A stretch of DNA of 64,000 nucleotides from contig CAZLTC010000001.1 in assembly GCA_964562405.1 (NCBI GenBank), positions 252-64,251 on the forward strand, given 5' to 3'. This document shows, one piece after another, positions 10,707-19,642 of this stretch. The first letter of the stretch is position 1; every line of letters starts with the position of its first letter. The DNA comes from an uncultured bacterium (GTDB lineage Bacteria > Joyebacterota > Joyebacteria > Joyebacterales > Joyebacteraceae). A program made the position numbers and the translations under genes. The notes below the pieces were generated by a model that saw nothing but the letters and a program-made list of their open reading frames with translations, was not told where the DNA came from and searched no databases.

Positions 10707-11279
10707 ATGGATGCGAGAACCCTGATGGTGTGTGCGGCCGCCGCGGCCGCGTCGATGCTTATCGCAGGCTGCGGGGACTCTTCACCCGAGCCCGTCGTCG
10801 AGAGCGGAGTCAGCTTTGAGCTGACGAGCCCCGCCTTCCCCGACGGCGGACCGATCCCCGCGATGTACACGTGCGACGGCGAGGACGTTTCTCCGCCCCT
10901 CGAGTGGAAGGGACTGCCGGCAGGCAGCTTCACGGTCGCGCTCGTGATGGACGATCCCGACGCCGTCCCGGTGGCCGGCCACGTGTGGGACCACTGGATC
11001 ATCTACAACATTCCCATGCGCGCTACGGCGATGGCCGAGGCGATACCGCTCACGCCGGACCTCCCCGGTGGCGCGCGACAGGGCAAGGGCTCGTCGGACA
11101 TCGGATACCAGGGACCGTGCCCCCCGCCCGGACAGACGCACACCTACCGGTTCAGGGCGTTCGCCGTCGACACGATGCTCGATCTTCCGGCCGGGGCGTC
11201 GAAGCAGCAGTTGCTCGAGGCCCTGGATGGACACGTGCTGGCAGTGGGCGCGATGACAGGGACGTACTCCAGGCAGTAG
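10707..11279 (+). CDS. YbhB/YbcL-family PEBP (Raf-kinase-inhibitor-like) lipoprotein
   Basis: PEBP signature blocks (PLEWKGLPAGSFTVALVMDDPDAV, HWIIYNIP, CPPPGQTHTYRFRAFA). N-terminal lipobox IAGC. Confidence 0.8.
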   Translation: MDARTLMVCAAAAAASMLIAGCGDSSPEPVVESGVSFELTSPAFPDGGPIPAMYTCDGEDVSPPLEWKGLPAGSFTVALVMDDPDAVPVAGHVWDHWIIYNIPMRATAMAEAIPLTPDLPGGARQGKGSSDIGYQGPCPPPGQTHTYRFRAFAVDTMLDLPAGASKQQLLEALDGHVLAVGAMTGTYSRQ

Positions 11280-11301
11280 GTGCTCGGCCGCCGGAGGTCG
11301 T

Positions 11302-12012
11302 TTGACCCCGATCCTCGAGACCAGAGACCTTCGCAAGATCTTCATGAAGGGCGCCGTGCAGATACCAGTGCTGAACGGCGTCACCCTCGAGGTCGACCAG
11401 GGCGAGTTCCTGTCCATCGTCGGTCGTTCGGGTTCAGGGAAATCGACGCTCTTGAACCTGATCGGCGGTCTGGACACACCCACGGCCGGGAGCATCCTGG
11501 TCAAGGGCGCCGACATCTCCTCGATAGGCAGGGCGGGCCTCGTCAGGCATCGCCGCAACACCGTCGGCATGGTCTTCCAGTCGTTCAACCTCATCCCCTC
11601 GCGCACGGCTCTCGAGAACGTCACGCTCGCGCTCGCGTTCGGTGAGTACCCGTCGCGCGAGAGGCACGCGCGGGCGGCTGAGATCCTGGCGTCTGTCGGG
11701 CTGTCGCACAGGCTCGACCACAGGCCGGGTGAGCTGTCCGGGGGCGAGGCCCAGCGCGTGGCGATAGCGAGGGCGCTCGCAAACGGTCCTGAGATGCTGC
11801 TTGCCGACGAGCCGACGGGGAACCTCGATAGTTCGACCTCGGACGAGATCGTGTCGCTGCTCCGGGAGCTGAACCGCGTCAGCGGCCTCACCGTGGTGAT
11901 GGTGACCCACGAGGAGTCCATCTCGCGATCGGTCTCGCACCGCATCCTGCGGCTTCTGGATGGCCGTCTGGTCGCGGAGGAGCGCGTGGAGAACCCGCAT
12001 GAAGTTCGGTGA
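11302..12012 (+). CDS. ABC transporter ATP-binding protein (MacB/LolD/FtsE type)
   Basis: Walker A GRSGSGKST, ABC signature LSGGEAQR and Walker B LLADEPTGNLD. TTG start. Confidence 0.85.
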   Translation: MTPILETRDLRKIFMKGAVQIPVLNGVTLEVDQGEFLSIVGRSGSGKSTLLNLIGGLDTPTAGSILVKGADISSIGRAGLVRHRRNTVGMVFQSFNLIPSRTALENVTLALAFGEYPSRERHARAAEILASVGLSHRLDHRPGELSGGEAQRVAIARALANGPEMLLADEPTGNLDSSTSDEIVSLLRELNRVSGLTVVMVTHEESISRSVSHRILRLLDGRLVAEERVENPHEVR

Positions 12013-13408
12013 CATCTACCGGCTGGCGAACGCCAACCTCTGGCGGACGAAGCTCCGCACGATCCTGACCACTCTCGGGGTGGTCGTTGGGATCGGGGCA
12101 CTGGTCTCGATGGTCTCTTTCGGCGTCGGGATACAGAAGAACGTGACCGACGAGGTCCGGCGAAACGACCTGTTCACCACGCTCGAGGTCACGTCCGCCA
12201 ATCTCGACCTCGACCGCGTCATGAGCGGTGACGTTGCGTCCGTGATGGATGAGCGGGACGCCGACGCGCCGAGGCTCGACGACGAGGCCGTGCGAGCGAT
12301 CTCGGCCCTGCCCGGAATCGAGATCGCGTTCCCCGAGGTGCGGTTCCCGGTCAAGATCCTTTTCAACGGGCGTGAGACACGGACCGGCGTGCAGGCACTG
12401 CCGGCGGAGATGGGACGCTACCGTCCGTTCGACGAGCTTCCGTACGGCCGGTTCTTCGAGAGCGACGACGAGAACTCGATCGTCATCGGGCCGGCGCTGC
12501 TGCGCGATCTGGGGCTCCGACTCGACGGGCCCGAGCTCCCGCCGACGGCGGGCAGGGCCGGCGACACGGAGGCGCTCGCGACGATATCCGCCGACTCGCT
12601 GCTGGGGCGCGAACTCGTGCTGGTCTCGTCGGTGCTGGACGAGGGACGCCTCATGAGTGCCGCGATGACGGGCGCCATGCCACTTCGGGAGGTGGAGACG
12701 CGGCTCAGGATCGTGGGCGTCCGGGGCAGGCCCTCGGGGTTCGGCATCGGCCGCTTCATGTCGGGCGTGGTCATCCCGATGGGAACGGCAGCGCACATCC
12801 CGCGCCTCGGGTTCAACAACATCTGGCAGCTCCTGAGGGCGGACGGAGAGGAACCGGAGTATCCGACCATCCACGTTCGAGCCGCGTCCATGGAAGACCT
12901 TGAGTCTGCGAGGGATGAAATAGAGGACATGGGGTTCTCGGTGCTCGCGCTCGTCGATCAGTTGGAGGAGTTCAAGCAGCAGTTCCTCATCCTGGATGCG
13001 CTCCTGGGCGCCGTCGGCACCATCGCGCTCTTCGTCGCGTCGCTCGGCATCGTCAACACGATGGTCACGTCCATTCTGGAGAGGACGCGCGAGATAGGCA
13101 TAATGAAGGCGATCGGAGGCAGCGAAGGCGACATCAAGTGGATCTTCTTCGTCGAGGCGGGAACGATCGGCCTCGCAGGCGGCGTCTTGGGACTGCTGCT
13201 GGGGTGGGGCGTCACGCGAGTGGCGAACGTGGTCGTCAACTACCATCTGCGGCCGGAGGGGCTTCCCCCGGCGGAGCTGTTCTACATGCCGATGTGGCTG
13301 CTGCTCGGGGCGCTTGGGTTCTCGGTGCTCGTGAGTCTCATGGCAGGGGTCTACCCGGCGGCGCGCGCGGCGAGGGTCGACCCCCTGACCGCGCTCCGTC
13401 ATGACTGA
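11999..13408 (+). CDS. ABC transporter permease, FtsX/MacB family
   Basis: N-terminal transmembrane segment, large periplasmic domain, and a C-terminal FtsX 3-TM bundle (IGIMKAIGG...). Overlaps the ATPase gene by 14 bp. Confidence 0.8.
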   Translation: MKFGDIYRLANANLWRTKLRTILTTLGVVVGIGALVSMVSFGVGIQKNVTDEVRRNDLFTTLEVTSANLDLDRVMSGDVASVMDERDADAPRLDDEAVRAISALPGIEIAFPEVRFPVKILFNGRETRTGVQALPAEMGRYRPFDELPYGRFFESDDENSIVIGPALLRDLGLRLDGPELPPTAGRAGDTEALATISADSLLGRELVLVSSVLDEGRLMSAAMTGAMPLREVETRLRIVGVRGRPSGFGIGRFMSGVVIPMGTAAHIPRLGFNNIWQLLRADGEEPEYPTIHVRAASMEDLESARDEIEDMGFSVLALVDQLEEFKQQFLILDALLGAVGTIALFVASLGIVNTMVTSILERTREIGIMKAIGGSEGDIKWIFFVEAGTIGLAGGVLGLLLGWGVTRVANVVVNYHLRPEGLPPAELFYMPMWLLLGALGFSVLVSLMAGVYPAARAARVDPLTALRHD

Positions 13409-13651
13409 GCGCCGGGGGCGGCCGGCCAAGGGCTCGCGGCGACCATCGGTCGCCGTGGCGGCAGGTCGAGGGGCGGTTCGTACGGCGGCCGAAGTCGGTC
13501 GGCGTTCAACCACCGGTCAGGCGGGGCGGTCAAAACATACTGCAGGACTCACCGAACATCGGTCGGACTTTCACTGAATGGACTGGGCGCGAATCCCCGT
13601 GAGCCGCGCGTGGGAGCGGAGGGGACGTTGCGCCACACCAAGGGGGGAGCG

Positions 13652-16600
13652 ATGACAAGAGGCAAGGGTGTGCTGTCTTGCATTCTGGTGGCACTCGCGT
13701 TCGTAACGACCGCCGCACAGGCGGTAGAGCCGCATGCCGGGATGCTTCGGTATCCCGACATCAGCGCGACGCAGATCGCCTTCCGCTACGCCAATGACCT
13801 CTGGGTCGTGTCGAGAGAGGGAGGTACCGCGGTCCCGCTCTCGAGCCCGGCCGGAGGCGAGAGCTTCCCCAGGTTCAGTCCGGACGGGCGCACGATCGTG
13901 TTCATGGCGAGCTACGACGGTGTTCGCGACCTCTACACGCTTCCCGTCGAGGGAGGCGTTCCCGAGAGGATCACGCATCATCCCTCGCAGGAGCTTCCGT
14001 GCGACTGGACTCCTGACGGTGACGAGATCGTCTTCTACGTCTACGGCATGGGTGACAACCCGCACGCCTACCAGCTCTACAAGGTGGCGGCCGAGGGTGG
14101 ACTACCCGAAAAGCTGCCGGTGCCCTACGGCACGAACGGAACCATAAGCTCCGACGGCCAGTGGCTCGCCTACACGCCGTTCAGCACCGACTTCTCCACG
14201 TGGAAGCGCTACATGGGAGGCCGCGCTCCGGACATCTGGCTCTTCAATCTCAAGGACCACACCTCCCGCAAGATCACTGACTGGAAGGGCGCCGACACGA
14301 TACCAATGTGGCACGGCGACAAGGTCTACTACCTTTCCGACGGCGGTCCCCACCACCTGCTCAACATATGGGTCTACGACCTCGCGACCGGCCAGCGCAG
14401 GCAGGTCACATCGCACACCGACGTCGACGTGAAGTTCCCGTCGGTGGGCCCGGGCGACCGCGGCCAGGGCGAGATCATCTACCAGCTCGGCCCCGAGCTT
14501 CGCGTCCTCGACCTCGCGACGGAGAAGTCGCGTGTCGTGCGCGTGACCATCCCCGGCGACAGGCCGCGCATCAGGCCGCAGTTGGTCGACGCGTCGGAGT
14601 TCATCGACGAGGGCGACGTGTCGAAGACCGGCAAGCGAGCGGTCGTTTCCGCGCGTGGTGATATCTGGACGCTTCCCGCGGAGAACGGCTCTCCTGTGAA
14701 CATGACCCGCACGGACGGGGTTGCCGAGCGCGATCCGTCGTGGAGCCCCGACGGCAAGTGGATAGCGTACTTCTCGGACGAGACGGGCGAGTACGAGCTC
14801 TACATCAACCAGTCGGACGGAGCCGGCGAGACGAAGAAGGTCACCTCCGACAAGCTCGGATTCATGTTCGCCCCGGTCTGGTCGCCCGACTCCAAGAAGA
14901 TCGCCTTCAAGGACCAGCGAGGCGCCGTCTACATCCACGACATCGACGGCGGCGGGAGCAAGAAGATCTACCAGAGCCAGTCGGGCTCGTGGAGCTTCCG
15001 AACGAACTGGTCGTCCGACTCGAACTGGTTGACCTTCGCGGACTCGGAGTCTCCCAGGAGTCAGTCGGCGGTGTGGCTGTACGACGTCGCCAACGACGAG
15101 ATTCAGCGCGTGACCAGCGGCATGTTCGCCGTCACGTGGCCGACGTTCGACCGCGAGGGCAAATACCTGTTCTTCGCGAGCAACACGGACTTCGAGAACC
15201 CGGTCTACGACGACGTCGGCGAGAACTGGTCGTATCCTCAGACCGACCAGCTGTACGTCGTGACGCTCCAGGACACGACCAAGTCGCCGTTCCTCCCCGA
15301 GGTCGACGAGGAGACCTGGGACGACGAGGACGCGGACGGGGCGGACGAGGCCAAGGCGGATGAGGGCGACGACGACGGGGAAGGCGAGGACGCGGACAAG
15401 GACGCCGACGAGGACGAGGAGGAGCCGATCAGGATCGACCTCGACGGTCTCGAGGCCCGCGCGATTGCTCTTCCCGTCGACCGCGGCGCGTTCTTTAACC
15501 TCGAGGTGAACGCCGACGGCAAGCTGCTCTACGTGAGGCGCTCGGGCGAGTCGCGCGGAGGCGGCACGAGCATTTATCTGGCCGACCTCGACGACGAGGA
15601 CGAGATGGAGAAGGAGGTCCTGTCGGGCGCGGGCAGCTTCGCGATGTCGGCTGACGGCAACAAGATCCTCGCCGCCGACGGCCCGCGCATGGCCATCGTC
15701 GACGCCGCTGCCGATCAGAGCTGGGATAAAGCGCTGTCAACCGCGGGAATGACCGTAGAGATCTCGCCACGGAACGAGTGGGCCCAGATACTCCGCGACG
15801 CGTGGCGCATTCATCGCGACTTCTTCTACGCTCCGAACATGCACGGCGTCGACTGGGACAGGGTCTACCGCAAGTACGAGGCGATGCTCCCCGACTGCGC
15901 CTCCAGGGCCGATCTCTCGTACATCATCGGCGAGATGATAGGAGAGCTGAACGTAGGGCACGCCTACTACTTCGGCGGCGACTACGAGGAGGCTCCGACC
16001 GTGAGTGTCGGGGTCCTGGGGTGCGACTTCGAGATGGGCGACGGAGCCTACCGCATATCGAGGATCTACGAGGGTGGCGCCTGGGACGCAGACGCGCGCG
16101 GACCACTCTCCGAAGACGGCGTGGACGTCTCCGTGGGCGACTATCTGCTAGCCGTGAACGGCGTTCCGCTCGATCCCAAGATGGACCCGTGGGCTGCCTT
16201 CCAGGGGCTCGCCGGGAGCACCGTGACCCTCACGGTGAGCGCCGGTCCCAAGATCGACGATGATGCGAGGTCCGTGGTCGTCGATTTGCTCGGCAGCGAT
16301 CGCGACCTGCGATATCGGGCCTGGGTCGAGGGCCGCAGGGCCTACGTCGACGAGAAGACGGACGGTCGCGTCGGCTACATCTACGTTCCCGACACCGGCG
16401 TCAACGGGCAGAACGAGCTGGTCCGCCAGTTCGGCGGGCAGCTCGAGAAGAGCGCCCTCATCGTCGACGAGAGGTGGAATGGCGGCGGGCAGATCCCGAC
16501 GCGATTCGTCGAACTCCTGAACAGGTCGGTCGCGAGCTACTGGACGATGAGGTACATAGACGGCGTGGTTCCCACTCCCGAGTACTCCATCTACGGTCCC

Positions 16601-16996
16601 AAGTGCATGCTCATAAACGAGTCGGCGGGCTCCGGCGGCGACTACTTCCCGTACTGGTTCAGGGAGGCCGGCGTCGGCAAGCTCGTCGGAACGCGCACCT
16701 GGGGCGGCCTTGTCGGGCTGTCCGGCAACCCCGGGCTCATCGACGGGGGATACGTGAGCGTCCCGAGGTTCGCGTTCGTCAACAAGGACGGCACGTGGGG
16801 CATCGAGGGCCACGGCGTCGACCCGGACATCGAGGTGGTGGACGACCCGGCGCTCATGTGGAACGGTGGAGACCCACAGCTCGACGCCGCCATCGATCTG
16901 ATGCTCAGCGAACTCAAGACGGGAGGCTACAAGCCCCCGAAGAAGCCTGACTACCCGGACAGAAGCGGTATGGGCATAAGGCCGGAGGACTACTAG
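13652..16996 (+). CDS. secreted tricorn-protease homologue (beta-propellers + PDZ + S41 C-terminal peptidase)
   Basis: Signal peptide MTRGKGVLSCILVALAFVTTAAQA. TolB-like propeller repeats (SPDGRTIVF, SPDGKWIAY, SPDSKKIAF). C-terminal S41 catalytic region (VDERWNGGGQ). Contains a ~43-aa D/E-rich insert. Confidence 0.8.
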   Translation: MTRGKGVLSCILVALAFVTTAAQAVEPHAGMLRYPDISATQIAFRYANDLWVVSREGGTAVPLSSPAGGESFPRFSPDGRTIVFMASYDGVRDLYTLPVEGGVPERITHHPSQELPCDWTPDGDEIVFYVYGMGDNPHAYQLYKVAAEGGLPEKLPVPYGTNGTISSDGQWLAYTPFSTDFSTWKRYMGGRAPDIWLFNLKDHTSRKITDWKGADTIPMWHGDKVYYLSDGGPHHLLNIWVYDLATGQRRQVTSHTDVDVKFPSVGPGDRGQGEIIYQLGPELRVLDLATEKSRVVRVTIPGDRPRIRPQLVDASEFIDEGDVSKTGKRAVVSARGDIWTLPAENGSPVNMTRTDGVAERDPSWSPDGKWIAYFSDETGEYELYINQSDGAGETKKVTSDKLGFMFAPVWSPDSKKIAFKDQRGAVYIHDIDGGGSKKIYQSQSGSWSFRTNWSSDSNWLTFADSESPRSQSAVWLYDVANDEIQRVTSGMFAVTWPTFDREGKYLFFASNTDFENPVYDDVGENWSYPQTDQLYVVTLQDTTKSPFLPEVDEETWDDEDADGADEAKADEGDDDGEGEDADKDADEDEEEPIRIDLDGLEARAIALPVDRGAFFNLEVNADGKLLYVRRSGESRGGGTSIYLADLDDEDEMEKEVLSGAGSFAMSADGNKILAADGPRMAIVDAAADQSWDKALSTAGMTVEISPRNEWAQILRDAWRIHRDFFYAPNMHGVDWDRVYRKYEAMLPDCASRADLSYIIGEMIGELNVGHAYYFGGDYEEAPTVSVGVLGCDFEMGDGAYRISRIYEGGAWDADARGPLSEDGVDVSVGDYLLAVNGVPLDPKMDPWAAFQGLAGSTVTLTVSAGPKIDDDARSVVVDLLGSDRDLRYRAWVEGRRAYVDEKTDGRVGYIYVPDTGVNGQNELVRQFGGQLEKSALIVDERWNGGGQIPTRFVELLNRSVASYWTMRYIDGVVPTPEYSIYGPKCMLINESAGSGGDYFPYWFREAGVGKLVGTRTWGGLVGLSGNPGLIDGGYVSVPRFAFVNKDGTWGIEGHGVDPDIEVVDDPALMWNGGDPQLDAAIDLMLSELKTGGYKPPKKPDYPDRSGMGIRPEDY

Positions 16997-17279
16997 CAGA
17001 GAGCCGCGTGCCGCCCGCGCCCTACCGAGGCGTCGGTTGCTGAGGCGAGGCGACAACAAGCGCTCGACGCACGACGTACGCGCCGGATCCCACGAGTCCG
17101 GCACCCCCTGGCGCCCGCGCGGCTTGACAGCCCGCGGGCGCCGGTCCATCGATACCTTCCTCGCCCTCGGGCTGTTGCCGCGACCCCCCTCTTCCTGCTA
17201 AGCTTACGAGGCTGCGAGAGTTTCGCTCCCGCGGAGCCTTGGTGTTCCGGCCACGCCACGTCACAGAAGGAGCCAGCTG

Positions 17280-18035
17280 ATGGCAGTTGATCTCGAGAAG
17301 TTGCTGAGGCCGGTCGACAGGCCCATGCCCCCGTTCCCGCCCAAACACATGACACTGGCCAGCGGCGATGACATGGTCATCCGGCAGGTGGGCCGCGACG
17401 ACATTCCGAGGCTGCTGTCGTTCGTCGCTCCGCTCATGTATGTCGAGCGCGACTACTACGACTGCGTTGCCGCCCGGGTCTACTCTGAGCTTCTGGCCTA
17501 CTACCGCCACAGGGTACAGGATGAGTACGTGCTGGTCGCGCAGATAGGCGGCGAGCTGTGCGCCATCGTGAACGGGCGCATGGTCAACGAGAGGGTGGGG
17601 ATGTCGCTGCACACGCTAGCGCTCCGCAGGGGACTCAGGATCGGGGCGCACGCGTTCGCGACGAAGATGGAGTACCACATCGACATTCTCGGACAGGATG
17701 AGGTGCTGGTGGTGGCCGAGTCGCCCATCGGCTTTCGCAGGTGGATGATCGAGTATAACCTCGAGGAGCGTTTCGATGTTCCGCACGAGCTGGGCGGCGT
17801 CCCGTCGTACGCGCTCACGCGGGAGCTGTTCGATAGGGCCCGAGGCACGCTTGTGATCGGCAGGCGCCCGGTTCCTGAGGACCTCATGGCGAAGGCGATG
17901 GAGGACATCCTTCCGCCGTCCGATCCGCCCAGGCCTCCCGAGGATCTGATGGCGGCAACGCGCTCGAAGTACGACCCGACGGGAACGGCTCTCTTGCTCC
18001 AGAGGTGGGTGCAGGAAGAGAAGGTGAAGCAATGA
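17280..18035 (+). CDS. hypothetical protein, possibly GNAT-fold acyltransferase
   Basis: 251 aa with an AAGGAG RBS. An R-x-x-G-x-G/A-like motif (LRRGLRIGAHA) suggests a GNAT fold. First gene of a 10-gene overlapping operon. Confidence 0.5.
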   Translation: MAVDLEKLLRPVDRPMPPFPPKHMTLASGDDMVIRQVGRDDIPRLLSFVAPLMYVERDYYDCVAARVYSELLAYYRHRVQDEYVLVAQIGGELCAIVNGRMVNERVGMSLHTLALRRGLRIGAHAFATKMEYHIDILGQDEVLVVAESPIGFRRWMIEYNLEERFDVPHELGGVPSYALTRELFDRARGTLVIGRRPVPEDLMAKAMEDILPPSDPPRPPEDLMAATRSKYDPTGTALLLQRWVQEEKVKQ

Positions 18036-19204
18036 GAGACGTATACGTCGCCGGCATCGGCATAACCTCGTTCACGAGGCTCGAATACCCGCTCTCGGAG
18101 ATTGCGGCCTACCCGGTCATGATGGCCATCAAGGACTCCGGCCTGCGGAACATAGACCACCTGTACGTGGCTAACATGGGGAGCGGCAGGGTCAATCACC
18201 AGACGGGGCTTGCGAGCGCGGTCGTCGACACGCTGAGTCTCACCCCATCGGGTGCGGAGCTCATCGAGAACGGTCCCGCCTCAGGCGGCTCGGCGGTGAA
18301 GCAGGGCTTCATGGCCGTCGCATCAGGAATGCATGACGTCGTCGCGGTGACCGGCGCCGAGCGCATGCGTGAGGTCAACAACCTCGAGGCCACTGACTTC
18401 GTGGCCACGCTCACGCACCCGATAGCCGAGTACATCTACGGAGTCACTCTCCCGTCGCTCGCGGCCATGTTCACGCGCATGTACATGGACAAGTACGGCG
18501 TTACCGGACGGCACCTCGCGATGGTTTCGGTCAAGAACCAGCGCCACGCGCTCCGCAACAAGTTCGCGCACATCCAGCAGGAGATCAGCGTCGAGGGTAT
18601 CCTCGACTCGCCGGAGGCCATGACGAACAACCCGTACGTCTCCGATCCACTGCGGTTCTTCGACTGCTGCCCCGTCTCTGACGGGGGCGCGGCGGTCATA
18701 CTCACCACCCGGGAGGTGGCGGAGGCGACGGGCAGGCCTCTAGTGCGGCTCGCGGGAGTCGGGCAGGCGACCGACACCCACTGCGTGCACGAGCGGGAGG
18801 ACCCGACCGACCTGCTGGCCGTCAGGCGTGCCGCGGCCGGCGCGATGAAGATGGCCGGAGTGAAGCCGTCCGACGTCGACGTGGCCGAACTTCACGACGC
18901 GTTCACGATCCTCGAGATCGTCGAGAGCGAGGAAGCGGGCTTCTTCCCGAAGGGCGAGGGGCATCTCGCGCTGGAACGAGGCGAGACCGAGCTTGGCGGG
19001 AAGCTGCCGATCAACGTGTCCGGAGGCCTCAAGGGCCGTGGGCATCCGGTCGGTGCGACCGGTGTCGCGCAGGTCTACGAGATCGTGCACCAGCTGCGGG
19101 GCGAAGCGGAGGACCGCCAGGTCGAGGGCGCGCGCGTCGGGTTCACCTGCAACTTCGGAGGGTTCGGCAACAACGTCGTCTGCATGGTGCTGAAGAAGGA
19201 GTAG
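18032..19204 (+). CDS. thiolase-like protein (SCP-x / nonspecific lipid-transfer thiolase type)
   Basis: Thiolase fold with N-terminal VYVAGIGITSF and C-terminal GHPVGATG...NFGGFG. ATGA overlap with the upstream gene. Confidence 0.8.
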   Translation: MRDVYVAGIGITSFTRLEYPLSEIAAYPVMMAIKDSGLRNIDHLYVANMGSGRVNHQTGLASAVVDTLSLTPSGAELIENGPASGGSAVKQGFMAVASGMHDVVAVTGAERMREVNNLEATDFVATLTHPIAEYIYGVTLPSLAAMFTRMYMDKYGVTGRHLAMVSVKNQRHALRNKFAHIQQEISVEGILDSPEAMTNNPYVSDPLRFFDCCPVSDGGAAVILTTREVAEATGRPLVRLAGVGQATDTHCVHEREDPTDLLAVRRAAAGAMKMAGVKPSDVDVAELHDAFTILEIVESEEAGFFPKGEGHLALERGETELGGKLPINVSGGLKGRGHPVGATGVAQVYEIVHQLRGEAEDRQVEGARVGFTCNFGGFGNNVVCMVLKKE

Positions 19205-19287
19205 GGCGTCGCCGGCGCCGGACGGGAGCGGTCCGGGCGCCATCCCCGGCCCGCGTGGCCGGCGCGATTCCACCAGGAGATGTGGAC

Positions 19288-19635
19288 ATGAGCAGAGAGA
19301 TCTACGCATACAGGTGCAAGAGATGTGGCGAACTGCACTATCCGTACAGGATGGTCTGCAAGAAGTGCCACGAGAACGACCACAACGAGTTCGATCCGGA
19401 GCCACTTCCGAAGACCGGGACGCTCGTCACGTTCACGGAGCTGTACTCGCTGCCGGCCGTCTTCGAGGTGCGCAAGCTGGGGTTGGGCATCGTCGAACTC
19501 TCCAACGGCATACGCATCACGGGACAGCTGCGCATAGACGAGCCGAAGGCCGGGATGAAGGTGCGGGGCGAGGTTGAGGTCGTCAGGAGCGAGACCTACG
19601 AGGACTTCCACGGCATGGTCTTCTACGAGGCGTGA
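19288..19635 (+). CDS. DUF35 zinc-ribbon / OB-fold protein (thiolase partner)
   Basis: CxxC...CxxC rubredoxin-like ribbon (CKRCGELHYPYRMVCKKC), then an OB-fold. Typical partner of SCP-x-type thiolases. Confidence 0.75.
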   Translation: MSREIYAYRCKRCGELHYPYRMVCKKCHENDHNEFDPEPLPKTGTLVTFTELYSLPAVFEVRKLGLGIVELSNGIRITGQLRIDEPKAGMKVRGEVEVVRSETYEDFHGMVFYEA

Positions 19636-19642
19636 GGGGCAA

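Noticed and set aside
19574-19642. Upstream extension of the DUF2877 ORF overlapping the DUF35 gene
   Set aside because: A 60-nt overlap with the DUF35 coding region is less parsimonious than initiation at the in-frame TTG at 19643, immediately after the DUF35 stop.
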